Positions 1-12,449 of a stretch of 64,000 bases of DNA are shown here, piece by piece. The translations under genes were made by a program, and so were the position numbers. Source of the DNA: Camelus ferus (Eukaryota); the NCBI RefSeq assembly GCF_009834535.1, contig NC_045696.1:109618001-109682000 (forward strand). Direction: 5' to 3'. The number at the start of each line of letters is the position of its first letter. The first letter of the stretch is position 1. The notes below the pieces were generated by a model. That model had not been told where the DNA came from, did not search any database, and saw nothing but the letters and a program-made list of their open reading frames with translations.

Positions 1-559
1 TACTTAGCCATTATTGGAAGTAAAACTTGGGAAGATGTTTTTGAGCAGAGCTGATGGCTCAGCCATATCCAAGGACAGTGGCTCTGCTTTGGCACCTGTC
101 TATATACATGTGGGAAGGTCTGTAGTGGCTCAGGAGCCTGGGTGGGTGGGGAGAGTGGCCAGAACAGGTCTGAGGGAGTGGGGAGTTAAGGAACCAGGTG
201 TTTCTCTGGTGTAGAAGAAGCATGAGAATGGGAATAAAGGTGGGAGAGAGCTGAAGCGATAGGAAGTTGACCTTAAATTCCTCATCACCACTGATTTGGT
301 CAGGCTATTGTGAGGGGTAATAAAGTACGTGTGTGTCCAGTAAATGGTGTTTATGATTACGGAGACCACTGGGCTGAGCTTTATTAGGGCTTGATCCAAA
401 TGGCACAGTCTTTGTCTTAGCATCTGGTGATTTCTCTGTCCTCCGTGGAAGCACACATGATGTGAAATGAGTCGTCATTGTTACATCATCATCAAGAACA
501 CGATCAGGAACCCCTGCTGCCTACCGTTGAGGGTCATGTTTCTCTGTGCTTGTTTGCTC

Positions 560-930
560 TATCAGGTTAGAGTTAGGCTACGTTAAAAGAAACCCAAAAT
601 AACAGTGGCTTAAGCAAGGTAGAAGTTCAGTTGTCTGTCGCACAGAGTCTGGGTGTGAGCAGTCCAAGGCTGGTGAGGAGGCTCTACCGGGCAGGAACTC
701 AGGCTTCCTGTCTCGTGCATCTGTCATCTGAATGGGCCAATGTGATTTATTATCACCTGTCTTCATTCCAAGTGGTGGGAAAGGGAAAGGGGCAACTGTG
801 GGTACTTCCCCATGTCCCCAGGAAGGACCCATCCTAGAAGATGCATATGTCACCTTCACATCCCATTGATCAGAACTTGGCCATCCAGCTACAAGGGAAG
901 CTGGGAAATACCATCTTTATTTGGGGCAGC
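560..930. mobile_element. Degenerate MaLR (MLT1-like) LTR fragment
   Basis: Recognisable 'aaaataacagtggcttaa...tccaaggctgg' MLT1-type segment; borders approximate. Confidence 0.4.
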
Positions 931-3003
931 CAGGAGTCCATCTACACATTCAGAGTCCTATTACTGTAGAAAAGGAGACTGCATGTTGGGGGACAGCCAG
1001 CAGTCCCTGCTACCAAACCTCAGCTCATGCACCTGCTTTTTAGTTCAGGGGTCACTTTGCAGAAGGAGCCTGGCCCTCCCTGGGGAGCCCCTGAGCACTG
1101 GAGTTGAGACATGTCCACCTGCTCTGTACATTTCTCCTTGTGGATATCAGCAGACAAGGACTGTTGCTCTAACATATACCAATAAATGAATATTGTGTGA
1201 CTATTAAGGAACAAGGCTCAGTCCACAAGCTGCTCATTAATTCGAGACTTATTCCCCAGTGGCTACACCATGCGGGGAGGGTGTGCAAAGCTGGGGTTGA
1301 AAGAGCCCAAGTGATGCCAAGATTTTAACGCCGATCCTCCCAGCTCTACCACTGATTGGCAGAGTCACACAGGCATGTGCTTTAACTTTCCTGGTCTCCA
1401 AAGTAGGGGCCTGGGTTGTGTCTAACGTGTTTGCTTAGCATACATGTTCTAGAATTGTATGATTCCTTGACACTCCCCATCTTTGCTTTAAGGCCAGCTT
1501 CCAGGAGGACGCAGCCACCTTAACTCCTTTGTGGAAGGGGTGGGAGTGGGGGGTACATGCATGTGCATACAGTCATCTGGGGGGCCTGCGGACATGGCTT
1601 TCTCTGTTTCCTTGGGCTTCCCTGGCTGTGGCTTTGTAGTCCGAAGTCACTGTGCAATTTTCCATTCAATTAAGCTTACTTTTTAAACTTTGTTTTTCTT
1701 TTAAAATATTTCTGGAACTATTATATGTTCATTGTAGAAAACAGAGAAAAGTATAAACCCAATTACCTCCCCTTGCAAAAAAAAAAAAAGAAAAAAGAAA
1801 ACAGATAAAAGTATGATGAAGGAAGCAAAAAAATCACCCACCCACCAGTACTCAGAGACTGGCTCTGTTAAGGCCTCAGTGTATTCCCTACACTTCAACG
1901 TCTAAGAAAATATGAAAAATACTTATAAAAAAATGTCCACTTCAGTTAATCAAATTGGGGTCACACTGCATGATGTTTTGTAACCTGCTTTTTTTCACCT
2001 GAGGACCATTTCCCCAGATCCTTAAATATTTTTGAAGAACGTGATTTTTAATGGCTGCCAAGGTTTCTAATCATTTGGATGAACTACTCTGGACTTAACC
2101 AGTTTCCTGACATTCAGGCTGTGTCTGAATCTCCATTATTATTAACTACATAACAGTGACTATTTCATACTGACAGCATCTTAGCTCCTGTCACAAACAC
2201 TGGGTGCAGGTGAGGCCCAGAGAGGTTGGGTGGCCTGCCTCAGGCCACACAGCAAGGAAGTGGTGGGTCCCAGCCATCTGGCCACAAGGCTGACTATACT
2301 CTGCCCAGCTACCCTTCCTGGTGCTGGGACAGAGCGGGCATAGGCATGGCATAGGGGTGCTAAGGAGAGTTGGCTTCCAGTGTGTGGTTTGGATAGAAAA
2401 GAGCCAGTGGGGTTTCCCAGCGAGATGCTGCTGTGGGTGATTGCGATGCCCCTGGGGAAAGCCAGCTGCTCTCCATCCCCACACCACAGCAGGATGCCGT
2501 GCTCCCACTCCACCCCCTCCCACCTGGGCAGCAGTGAACCCAAGCTGGGCGCCTGATTTCCAGGGCTGAGCAGATAGGCTTTGGGAGCGTGGAGGGACAG
2601 AGGGAGGTGGGGCCAAGCAGGCTGGGGCTGGGAGGCCACCCAGCTCCTGCCTCCAGGCCCCCATCCAAGTGGGGCAGGAGATACCCGGTCCAGTGGCCTT
2701 GTTCCTGGGGAAGCCGCCTCACCCGCTCTCATCCCCATCCAAAGTACTTCTCTCTTTCTCTCCAAAGGGTATCACTCTCAAAAAAAACCTATCCTTATTC
2801 TTTTTGAGCTCAGACTCACTTTTTCTGAGAGGGGCCAGTGGGCTCACTGTTGAGTTAGGGGGTGTGGGAGCAGCAGAGCGAACCCACATGAGGCTTGGCG
2901 TGGGGTCCCCTTTGGCTGGCTGTGTCCCTGCCTGGATCACTGAGCTTTTGCCCTTTTCCCTGAGACCTTTCGGTTTTGACTTTTCTATGCTTTTCTCTAA
3001 CAG

Positions 3004-3057
3004 GCAACCATTGGGATTGACTTCTTGTCAAAGACCATGTACTTGGAGGATCGTACG
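3004..3057 (+). CDS. RAB6B: RAB6B exon 3 (ATIGIDFLSKTMYLEDRT, switch I); exons 1-2 lie upstream of the window
   Basis: Polypyrimidine tract + CAG at 3001-3003, donor GTGAGT at 3058; 54 nt, phase 0/0; Rab6 effector motif. Confidence 0.96.
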
Positions 3058-3225
3058 GTGAGTGACTGACTTAAGACCTGGGAGGACTGGGAGGGCTCCT
3101 TGGGACCAGTGGCCTGGGGCACTGAGAGCCCATGTGTGCCCAGAGCTTCCAGCATCGCAGACCCTGGATCCCCCCAGTCCCACCATGTCTTCACCGCCCC
3201 CCTGAGCTTCCTGCCTTCCCTGTGA

Positions 3226-3348
<123 letters not shown>

Positions 3349-3405
3349 TGAGTGCTGGGCGCAGGGCAGCTCAAGGGGCTCACAGCCCCAGCCAGGCTGC
3401 AGTCT

Positions 3406-3453
3406 GTGTGTGTGTGTGTGTGTGCGCGTGCCTGCATGTGCACATGTACATGC
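3406..3453. repeat. (TG)n microsatellite followed by a mostly alternating purine-pyrimidine tract
   Basis: tgtgtgtgtgtgtgtgtgtgcgcgtgcctgcatgtgcacatgtacatgc. Confidence 0.85.
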
Positions 3454-4613
3454 TGGTCCTCTCGATGCAGGAAGGCAGGTGCCCTGGGGGCGGCGGGGGG
3501 GTGAGTTGCCTTTGAACCCCCCCTGACTCCTGCAACAGGTCCAATGTACAAGACTGGGGTGGCCCTGCCCAGAGCAGGGGCCCATGTGTGGAGTGGGGGC
3601 AGATGCTCACCAGGCCTTTGGGGCCCTCCAGTGCCCTGGCTGCCAGAAGGAGCCCTAGGAAGTGACTTCTCTGTGTGTGTCAAGATGGGAGAAGACTCTG
3701 GTCTCTGGACCAACCCTGACCTGGCAGCCGTGGTTTTGCCAGCGGACATCCCAACTCGTCACAGGGCTCCCAGGGAGGCGAGGCCTGAGAGGTCCAGGAG
3801 AACCGGGGATGGGCTGCACTTCTGGCCAAAGCAGCTGTTCTTGAGAGCAATTGCACTGCCCTGAGGGAGGCTCGTGGGGCTGGGGGTGAGCCTTACTGCC
3901 CAGGCAGGTGTGCTGGCACACACATGGTCAGCCTGTGGGCTGCCGTCATGCCTGTGGTGGGAGGATGCCCCGGCCTGCTGCCTCCAGCTCTGCTCGCCCC
4001 CTCCTTCCACTGCCCCCCCTGACTGCAGGCTCCCTGCACACCTGAGAGCAGATGGGAGCTAGGCCCTGCAAGGGCTGGAGCTCCTGCAGCCTGATGCTGA
4101 GCAGAAGGGAGCTCAGGCTATGGGAAGCCCAGGTTCCCAGGACAGCGAGCTCCCCTCCCCTTGGGCTTCGCACTATGACTGCTCCTCTGCGAGGCCCGTC
4201 CCAGCTTCTGCCCTGAAACTGCCTGGCTCTCCTAGCTTTTGTCTGCTCCTGGGGCCACCTTCCCCCTCCCCTTTCCTGTAGAGCTCTGGGAAGCCCCTCT
4301 GGCCTTTCCCGTGTTCCTCTGAGCTACTCTCAGGGCTTCTGCGGTCCCCACACAAAATGTCACAATGTTTCCAAGCTCAGTCAAGTCCTCTGCACCCACT
4401 TCTCACTCTGCTCTGAGCCTCCAAAGTCAGGTCTCTCAAGTGGGCCCTAAAACCACTAGTACATGTAGCAATCATGACCCAGTGGCCTTCCAGACCCCGT
4501 GAATGCTGTCCCCAGAGGGTGGCTCAGCACCGTGAGGGTCTTTCCAGGGCCCCAGGGCACAGCTCCAAGAATCCTCCGGAAGGCCTGTGCCGCCGCCCTT
4601 CCCAGGTGTCTGA

Positions 4614-4868
<255 letters not shown>

Positions 4869-5655
4869 TAGGTGCTGGGGGCTGCAGCTCTTCCTGGACA
4901 GGGAGTTCTGGGATGCATGCGTGGTGAGGACCCTGTCTGACCTGTCCTCGTGCATCTGGAAAGGACCTCTGGGGCACCAGAGACTTTGAAGGCACCAGTA
5001 GACACCTGCCCACAGGTGTTCATCTCTGAAGCCCCGCCTTCCAGGTTGGCAAGGGCTGGGCACACCTCTGGGCTACCACCTGCCCTGCCCCTGTGAAACG
5101 CCTGTGCTGGTGGTGGTGTGAGGTCCTGGTTCCCAGGCATGAACACACAGAATTCCCCTGGCCGTTGCTGTGTCGTGTGACACTTTCCCTGAAGAGGCTG
5201 CCCTCCAGGCACCGGGCTCCCCACCCTGCCCTTCCCTGCACTTGTCTGCTCATCTCATGGGTCAGATAAAGCAACAGGTCATGGACAGAGGGCTTCCTGA
5301 CTGTTTAGGGAATCGTCTGAATTCGAGGCTGCTTTATTAGAATCCTGTCCTTGAAGTGAAGAAAATGTCCTCAAAGCCCAGCTGCTTTGCAGGACGTGAC
5401 CTTGGGGGGCCATCGCTTTTAACCTCAGTGTTCTCATTTGGAAAATGGGGCTGATGCGACAACCCAGAGAGGTGGTGTGTGGCTGGCACTGCTTTCCAGA
5501 TGTAGGCTCTGACAGTGGTGACACTGGGAAAGGTGGGTAAGGGACAGCAGCCCCCCTGCCTCAGGACCTGCTCCTGAACTGGACGATACTGCCAAGGAGT
5601 GGACAGGGGCTGGCGTCCTGGCTATGGCCTGTGCCCTGTGCCCCCTGCATCCTGA

Positions 5656-5970
<315 letters not shown>

Positions 5971-6628
5971 TAGGGCAGCTAACCAGCGCAGCCATAAACG
6001 CACCCGATGGGGAGCGAGGGAGCCTCCAGAGCTCTAAAGCACGGGAGGGAGGGAGCACTCACTCTCAGGGTGTCGGGAGATGTCAGCATTAGCCACACAC
6101 GGCAACCAGCCTGGCAGACCCTGAGCCCGCCGTGTGTGTCCAGCCACCAACTTCCAGGTGGCTGAGAGAAGCAGCAGTCCCTCCCTCTTACCTAACTTGG
6201 GATGGGGGTGCAGGAAATTCTATCTAATCAGCATTTTGGGGTTTCGGGCTTTGTGCTTGAGCTGGGAGGGCCAGGCAGGCTCGGAGGAAAGGGCCGACCC
6301 ACATGCCTTGGAGCTCTGGGCAGTCAGAATCATCAGAGGAGCCACAGAGGGACAGGGCTAAGCCTCGGAGCAGGGGGCTTCTCCTGGGTCCACAGACCCC
6401 CAAGGAGTCCGTGGATGGTTTGGCCGGTCAGTGGACTTAGGTGGGAAGAAACCCCACCTCTCTTCACTAGCCTCTATCAGGTCTCCTGCGTTTCCTGCAG
6501 CGGTGAGCGTGGGCAGCACGACTCCAGATGTTAGCAGCATCATCGCAACAGTGGTCACAGCTGCTTTCTTGTCACCTTCCAGGGTCGTAGGTTTCTGGAA
6601 CTTTACACACATCCCTACTTCAGTATCT

Positions 6629-6859
6629 CAGGGGTTCAGACCCGCTGCCAGCTTTTGCTCCTTAACACGTCCATGAGTCCGTGACGTGCTGCCGCGTCAT
6701 AAGTCTGTGTCTTAAAGATTTGTAGAAGTCTATCTGAATCCTAAATGGTTTCCTTTATACAAAATTCCTATGTAATTTATTTCACACACTTAAAAGAAGC
6801 CCATAGGCTCTACCAGATCACCAAAGGAGTCTTTCGTTAAAAAAGGTGAGGAACCCCTG
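6629..6859. mobile_element. Short hAT/Charlie-like MITE
   Basis: Terminal inverted repeats CAGGGGTTC (6629-6637) / GAACCCCTG (6851-6859) around an AT-rich core in a GC-rich intron; no clear 8-bp TSD. Confidence 0.5.
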
Positions 6860-7959
6860 TCTTCCTGGAAAAGAGGACTGGGAGAGGCAATGAGGGAGGG
6901 CGATCTGGGCCAGGGGACCAGCATGGGCACAGGAGCAGCTGGAGGTGTGTCGGGGCCTGGCTGGGGTCACTTCTGCCCTGCTGCCCCAGCAGTGCCCAGA
7001 AGCTGGCCAGAGGCAGTGAAGGTCCATCCCCACTGGGCAGTGCCAGTGCTAGTGCCAGTGGGAGGTGGCAGAGGAGTGGGAAGGGACAGAAAAGGAGGCC
7101 CCAAACCCCCAGGACTCAGTACCCCCTGCCCCACTTGGAGTGCCTTCAATGTTCACATTGGCTCCCATCCCCTTCCCAGCCTCCTTCCATGTAAGTCGGG
7201 GGCTGCCGTGGGGTCCCCTGGAAGGGGGAGCTACCTGTCCCTGGAGGCCTACAGAAGACACTGGGCTGCTGCTCTGTGCGGCGCTGATGGAAAGGCATGG
7301 GGGGCAGGGAAGCAGAGGATGTGGTCCCAGGGGTCGGCATCAGGGAGATGCTTTCCAGAATGCTCTGAAGCCAGGTGATGGTCTGAGCAGGGGTTGAATA
7401 TGGTCAGTTCAGTTCAAACCCTGTGTGGTTCAGAGGAGTCTCCATGCAGTGCAGACTCCTGGACTCTGAATGTAATCATATCTGCTCTCGGAGGCCTGCA
7501 TGTACCCCAAGAGCTTCCATCTAACTGGCAGCTTGACCACTGGCAAAGGCTGAGACCACTGTGAGAGCCAGACAGGCAGAGCAGGGCTGCCTGGGGCGAG
7601 GCCATGGAGGAAGGCTCAGGGGAGGGACTGGGCCCTCTGTACTCTCTGCCACTTCTGCCCGCCCTGCTCTGGAGCCCCCCTGCAGCCCAGCCACGGGGCC
7701 CCATCCCGTGCCGAGGCCGCCATCTTCCCAACTCGGGCCCTCGGTCCTGTCACCCAGCCTGGGTGCTCCCACAGGGCTGGGCTCCGGGGTGAGACCATGG
7801 ATAAGACTCACCTTGTCTTCAGAGAGCCCATCAGGTTCCTGCAGCTGGTGTTTGTGGGGAGACGGGAGAGCGTTCACAGTCTTCTGGTGCCTTGTACTTC
7901 TGCCTTGTACTTGTTGTCACCCCCTAGATTCCACGTCTGCCAGCCCCAAACCTGCCAGC

Positions 7960-8150
7960 CACACGCGCGCGCACACACACACACACACAGACGCGCACAC
8001 ACACATCCCCCCACACTTACACAGATTCACACACACACACAGATGCCACACGTGCACATCCATACCACATGTACTGCTCTACACACAACATAGACATCAC
8101 ACTCACACCCACAACCCAAGCAAAGCCATAATATCACATTCACACTCCTG
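7960..8150. repeat. Imperfect (CA)n/(CG)n low-complexity tract
   Basis: acacgcgcgcgcacacacac... degenerate CA-rich run. Confidence 0.8.
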
Positions 8151-8603
8151 TGTCCTTATTCCCAGCAAACAGTCTCCCGCACTCAGCTGCCTTGACGCCC
8201 TTGGACTCACAAGGCTTCCAGAGAAGAGGGTCATTGTCTCAAGGGCAGATAGAAAGTCTGTTCCCCACGCCTGGTCCCCACGTGGGCAGTGGGACAGAAG
8301 CCTGCCCAAGTGCTCGTCTCCCAGGGCCTGGATCATTTTCCACACTGGGGTAGGTCCCTTGTTAGCATGAGCCACGTCCAGCCCCTGGTGACCCCATGGC
8401 CAGCCTCCCTGGGTGAGGGGCCTGCTGTGACCCAACGCTGTGAGAGGCGCTGGGGCGCGGGAGAGGTCAGGTGCAGCCCCCGCCGTCCAGGGCGGGACAG
8501 AAGGAGAGCAGAGCCCCAGGTCAGGAGAATAGGTGAGAGGGCGGAGACACGGGAGCAGGGAGGGAGGGGTTGGGGCTCACACTGCGTCTCCCCCTCTCTC
8601 CAG

Positions 8604-8670
8604 CTCTTCCGACGTGTGGCCTCTGCTCTGCCTGGAATGGAGAATGTCCAGGAGAAAAGCAAAGAAGGGA
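8604..8670 (+). CDS. RAB6B: RAB6B exon 7 (LFRRVASALPGMENVQEKSKEG)
   Basis: CAG at 8601-8603; 67 nt; followed by U12-type donor GTATCCTTT at 8671. Confidence 0.96.
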
Positions 8671-9777
8671 GTATCCTTTTCCTTTGACAGGGATGAAGCT
8701 GGCCTCCTGGGTCTGCATTGAGACCCCATCCAGCTCGAACTATCTAAGCTTCTACTTCCAAAACAGCGTGGGGATGCCAGAGGGATGTGTGTGGAGGGAC
8801 GGTGCAGGGCGGGAAGTGAGAAACAGTAACTCTGCCCTTTCCAGTGAGCATAGATTTGTATTTCACGGGGACAAGTAGACTCTCCACTTCTGTGCGCTGA
8901 GACATGATTTCAACGTGGTTCAACCTCCTCTACACAAGACAGCTCCCCTCCCAGGTGCCTCCTTCCCTGTCCTGCCTGCTTCCTCGGCCCAGCCCTGCAC
9001 AGCCCCCGGCCTCCGCGCTGTTCCAGGGGCAGGGTCTGCACGCCACTCAGAGTCACCCCAAACCGCAGGCCACACACAGAAGCAGAAACGGAGGCTCAGA
9101 GAGGCAGTCTGAATTGCCCAGTGGGCAGGAAGGTAGTTGTTTATTGTCTGTTTACTAGTTTCTTTATACTCTGAATGTTATTTTAAAATGTGTTTATGTA
9201 TATATACCCTATATATACACACAAAACAAGATAAAAATGCCCGTTATATGTGCATACACACACATAAGAGAACTAGGGTGTAGGGAGAATAAGGCAAAGT
9301 CAGGGACAAAGTCGTACTCAGAGTATATGCCGTGGCTGCGTGGGCAAAAAGTGGGAAGGAGGGAAGGTGGTCTTTTGAGGACGAATGGCTTTTTATAGTA
9401 TTTAACCCTGAAAGAAGCTCCCCCATCATCCTTGCATAGGGCCCCATCCCTCCCTAGGACGCCAGCTACGGGCCCCAGAGCAGGGCTGCCTCTCCCTCCA
9501 CTGCTCCCAGCCCCGGTGGAGACCCACAGCAGCCCGGAGCCCGGCAGGGGACGTCGATTCTGGGCGGGGCTGAGGGCCTGGGCCTCAGCTGTGACCAGGC
9601 CTGGCCTGACGGGGTTCTCAGCCTGGTGAGGGCAGCGGGAACAGCCTGGCTGAGCATTTAGCACCCACGCCTCTGGGGTTCTGATGGCTGCTTCTCCTGC
9701 CCACAGTCCTCACGGCACCGACGGAAGGGGCTGGAGAGGGGGCTGTGCTGAGGCCCTTCCGAGGGAGGTGGCTTCTC

Positions 9778-9810
<33 letters not shown>

Positions 9811-10295
9811 GCCGCCGCCGCGGGGTCTAACTGACCCGCTCTGACTGGGAGCTTGAGGGGTCGAGGTGGCTACGCCACCCCGGGCAAGGGCCCCGTAGCC
9901 CCGTGACTTGCGAGGTGAGATCCATGCCCTGCCGGCGGGCTCTCCACCTGGAGTGCTCTCTGGGGTGGGGGCTGGGAGGCGGCGCTCCAGCAGCAGTGGG
10001 TCCCCGGGAAGGCTTCTGAGAAAGGATCTGGCCTGCCTCTGTTTCGACGGTCATCCCACAGCCCAGGTCAAGCTTAGCTTCGGGTGGATGGCGGTGAGGG
10101 CTTGTGGGAGGGCTGAGGAAGAGCAGGAGGGTTGGGAGCTCGTGACTCGCATCCTTCCCACCCAGGCCAAGCGAAGAGCGAGTCCCTGGGTATCTGCGGA
10201 GGGACGGAGGGGCTGAGCGGGGCAGATGAGGGTACAAGGGACGGGGGCGGGATCTCCTCCGGGAGCGTCATCTTCCTTAGCCCCTCCCCCTGCAG
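8671..10295 (+). other. RAB6B: U12-type (minor spliceosome) GT-AG intron, last intron of RAB6B
   Basis: 5' end GTATCCTTTT matches U12 consensus RTATCCTTT; branch-point-like TTCCTTAGC at 10273-10281, with its A 16 nt before the CAG ending at 10295. Confidence 0.9.
9779..9820 (+). repeat. (CAG)10(CCG)4 trinucleotide repeat, intronic
   Basis: Counted directly from the sequence. Confidence 0.95.
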
Positions 10296-10360
10296 TGATC
10301 GACATCAAGCTGGACAAACCCCAGGAGCCCCCGGCCAGCGAGGGCGGCTGCTCCTGCTAA
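10296..10360 (+). CDS. RAB6B: RAB6B exon 8 coding part ((M)IDIKLDKPQEPPASEGGCSC*), C-terminal CXC prenylation motif
   Basis: A|TG split codon across the intron; TAA at 10358-10360; ends in CSC. Confidence 0.96.
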
Positions 10361-12443
10361 TGCAGCCTGACCACCGGCTTCCTCTGACACTACTCGCTTG
10401 TTGTGTTGCTTCCTATTGGTTAGCTTCCTAAGGGGGGGGTGGGAAATGAGCTTATCCAGATGGGAGGATTTTTCTTTTCTCTCTGTCTCTAGGAGTCGGG
10501 TGGGGTGGGGCGGGAGGCTGGGCATCAGGGGTCACGTCACTCTTAACAGCTGTTACTTAAACAACTATTTTTTGGTTTGGTTGTAATATATTGTACTTTA
10601 TTAAGATTGCCAAAAACTGTTAAAATTAAAAAAAAAATTTAAATCATGTGTATACAACTTTTTGCCAGATAAAAATGTAGTCATTTTTATTTGAAAGATG
10701 TGCTTTTTTTGTTTTTGTATATTTGTAAACTTACAGAGAACCTTTTCCACGCACCTCCTCCTTCCTGTCCTCTTTGAAGGGTTCATCCCCTCTGCCCTCC
10801 TCCTGCCCCCAGCCCAATAGATTAAAACAATTAATCTGGGCAATTTAATTCGGCTCCAATCCTGGGCTGTCTGGCCCAGACCAACACAAACAGGCCCCAC
10901 CTGGTTAAATCAAACACTGAACGAAACAGTCTCTGAAGAGGCAGCTCTGACCCTGTCCTTTTGTGTACAGGGTAGGGACATCAGCTACCGCCCCAAGCTG
11001 AAATTAAGGCCTTGTGGACTGCAGGGAGCCCAGCCACAGGCCCACTGGAATTACTTATGCCTCTTTTTCTTCTCCATGAAAAGCCTTGAAGGGGTGGAGG
11101 GCACTTGCCACAGGCAACCGTCTGTGCTCTGTGGTCTGCCCAGTGATTGGCAGAAGAAGAGGCCATGGGACGGATGGGGTGCTGTTGACCACTGTGGGCT
11201 GGGGCAATGTGTGGTTTATAGAATTGGGGCACCATGTGTAGTTCTGAAAATGTTTTAACCAACCTGTCCAGCAGTCAGCACACATGTCTAGGTTGAAGCT
11301 AAGGGAAGGGCAAAAGGAAACTCGGCGTGTGCCCCCCTGAAGCCCTCCTCCTTGGATGCCAGGGATGCTGGAGCCTGCATGGCGCAGTGTTGGTCCACCT
11401 GTGATTAGGGAAGGGAGGGTTGTCTGCAGAGCTGCCGCCTGGAGGGTGCATATTCACTGATGCTTGGTTGCTGACACTGTTGAGTGCTGTTCTGGAAAAG
11501 TTGACCTCTTGACGTGTTTCTGCCACATTGGCCCAGTGTAGTTGAAATCTGTGTGCACAGAGCTTTGCAGACATTGTACCAGTACTCCGGTTGCCCGAGG
11601 GTAGGGCGGAGGCAGGGTCTCCGGAAGCCTGCCCAGGGAGAGCCTCCTTGCCATTTTTGATTCATTTCTGAGAAGGGCTTAGTCCTGAAGACCTACCTGT
11701 AAAACTTCTGAAGAGAACTTTCTCTTCCACAAAGTGATGTAGCCCGCCTGGCCAGCATTCCAAATAGATCCAGCCTCACCAACCCCGAGCCTGCATGAAA
11801 CCAGGCAGTGGGCAGCAACTCTGGCCCGAAACAGTAAACCCCGCCCTCCAAGCCGGCATTGACTCTTCTCCAGGCTGCTGTTTGGCTTGTCACAGATGAG
11901 CTAAATGACCATCTGGGGTGTGGTAGGGTGTAAATTCCTCCATAAAACAGGGCTCCAATAAGTTACTGCAACGCATTTGGAACTTCTCGGAAACTAATCC
12001 AAAATGGCAGCCAGTTAGCGCAGCAGAACCTGGCAGAGCTCACTGACATTTAGCCAGGGGGCCTGCCACACACTCAGCCCAGGAGACTGTATGTCAGAGC
12101 TGATCTTTAGAGAGGAATTTATCTTCAGGAGAAGAAAAGAGGAAGCAGGGTTTCCACTGAGCTCCTCTTCCAGAAGGCAAAGACCGATGTACGACCGTAA
12201 TTCCAATGTCACGTGTTTAGTTTTTATATGTGTGTACATAATTATGTATAGAGATAGACTTGTGTATACACCTACCACACACATTCTCACAGAGATACAT
12301 GTGCTCAATGTATATTCTTGTTTTTCCTGCTCTCAAGTTGGACTTTGCATTGTGATAACTGTTTTGGAAATTCAAAAGTACTGCAATGTGTTGAAATAAG
12401 AAATACTTAATATTGTCCCAAAACTTGTGATTGTCTTGCCATC

Positions 12444-12449
12444 AATAAA
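12444..12449 (+). terminator. Candidate proximal polyadenylation signal (AATAAA) of RAB6B
   Basis: AATAAA at the end of a TGTA/AT-rich block in the 3' UTR. Confidence 0.5.

Noticed and set aside
8671..8690. GTATCCTTTTCCTTTGACAG could be read as a U2 acceptor or a 20-nt micro-intron
   Set aside because: Too short to splice; the pyrimidines belong to the U12 donor, and the phase matches exon 8 at 10296.
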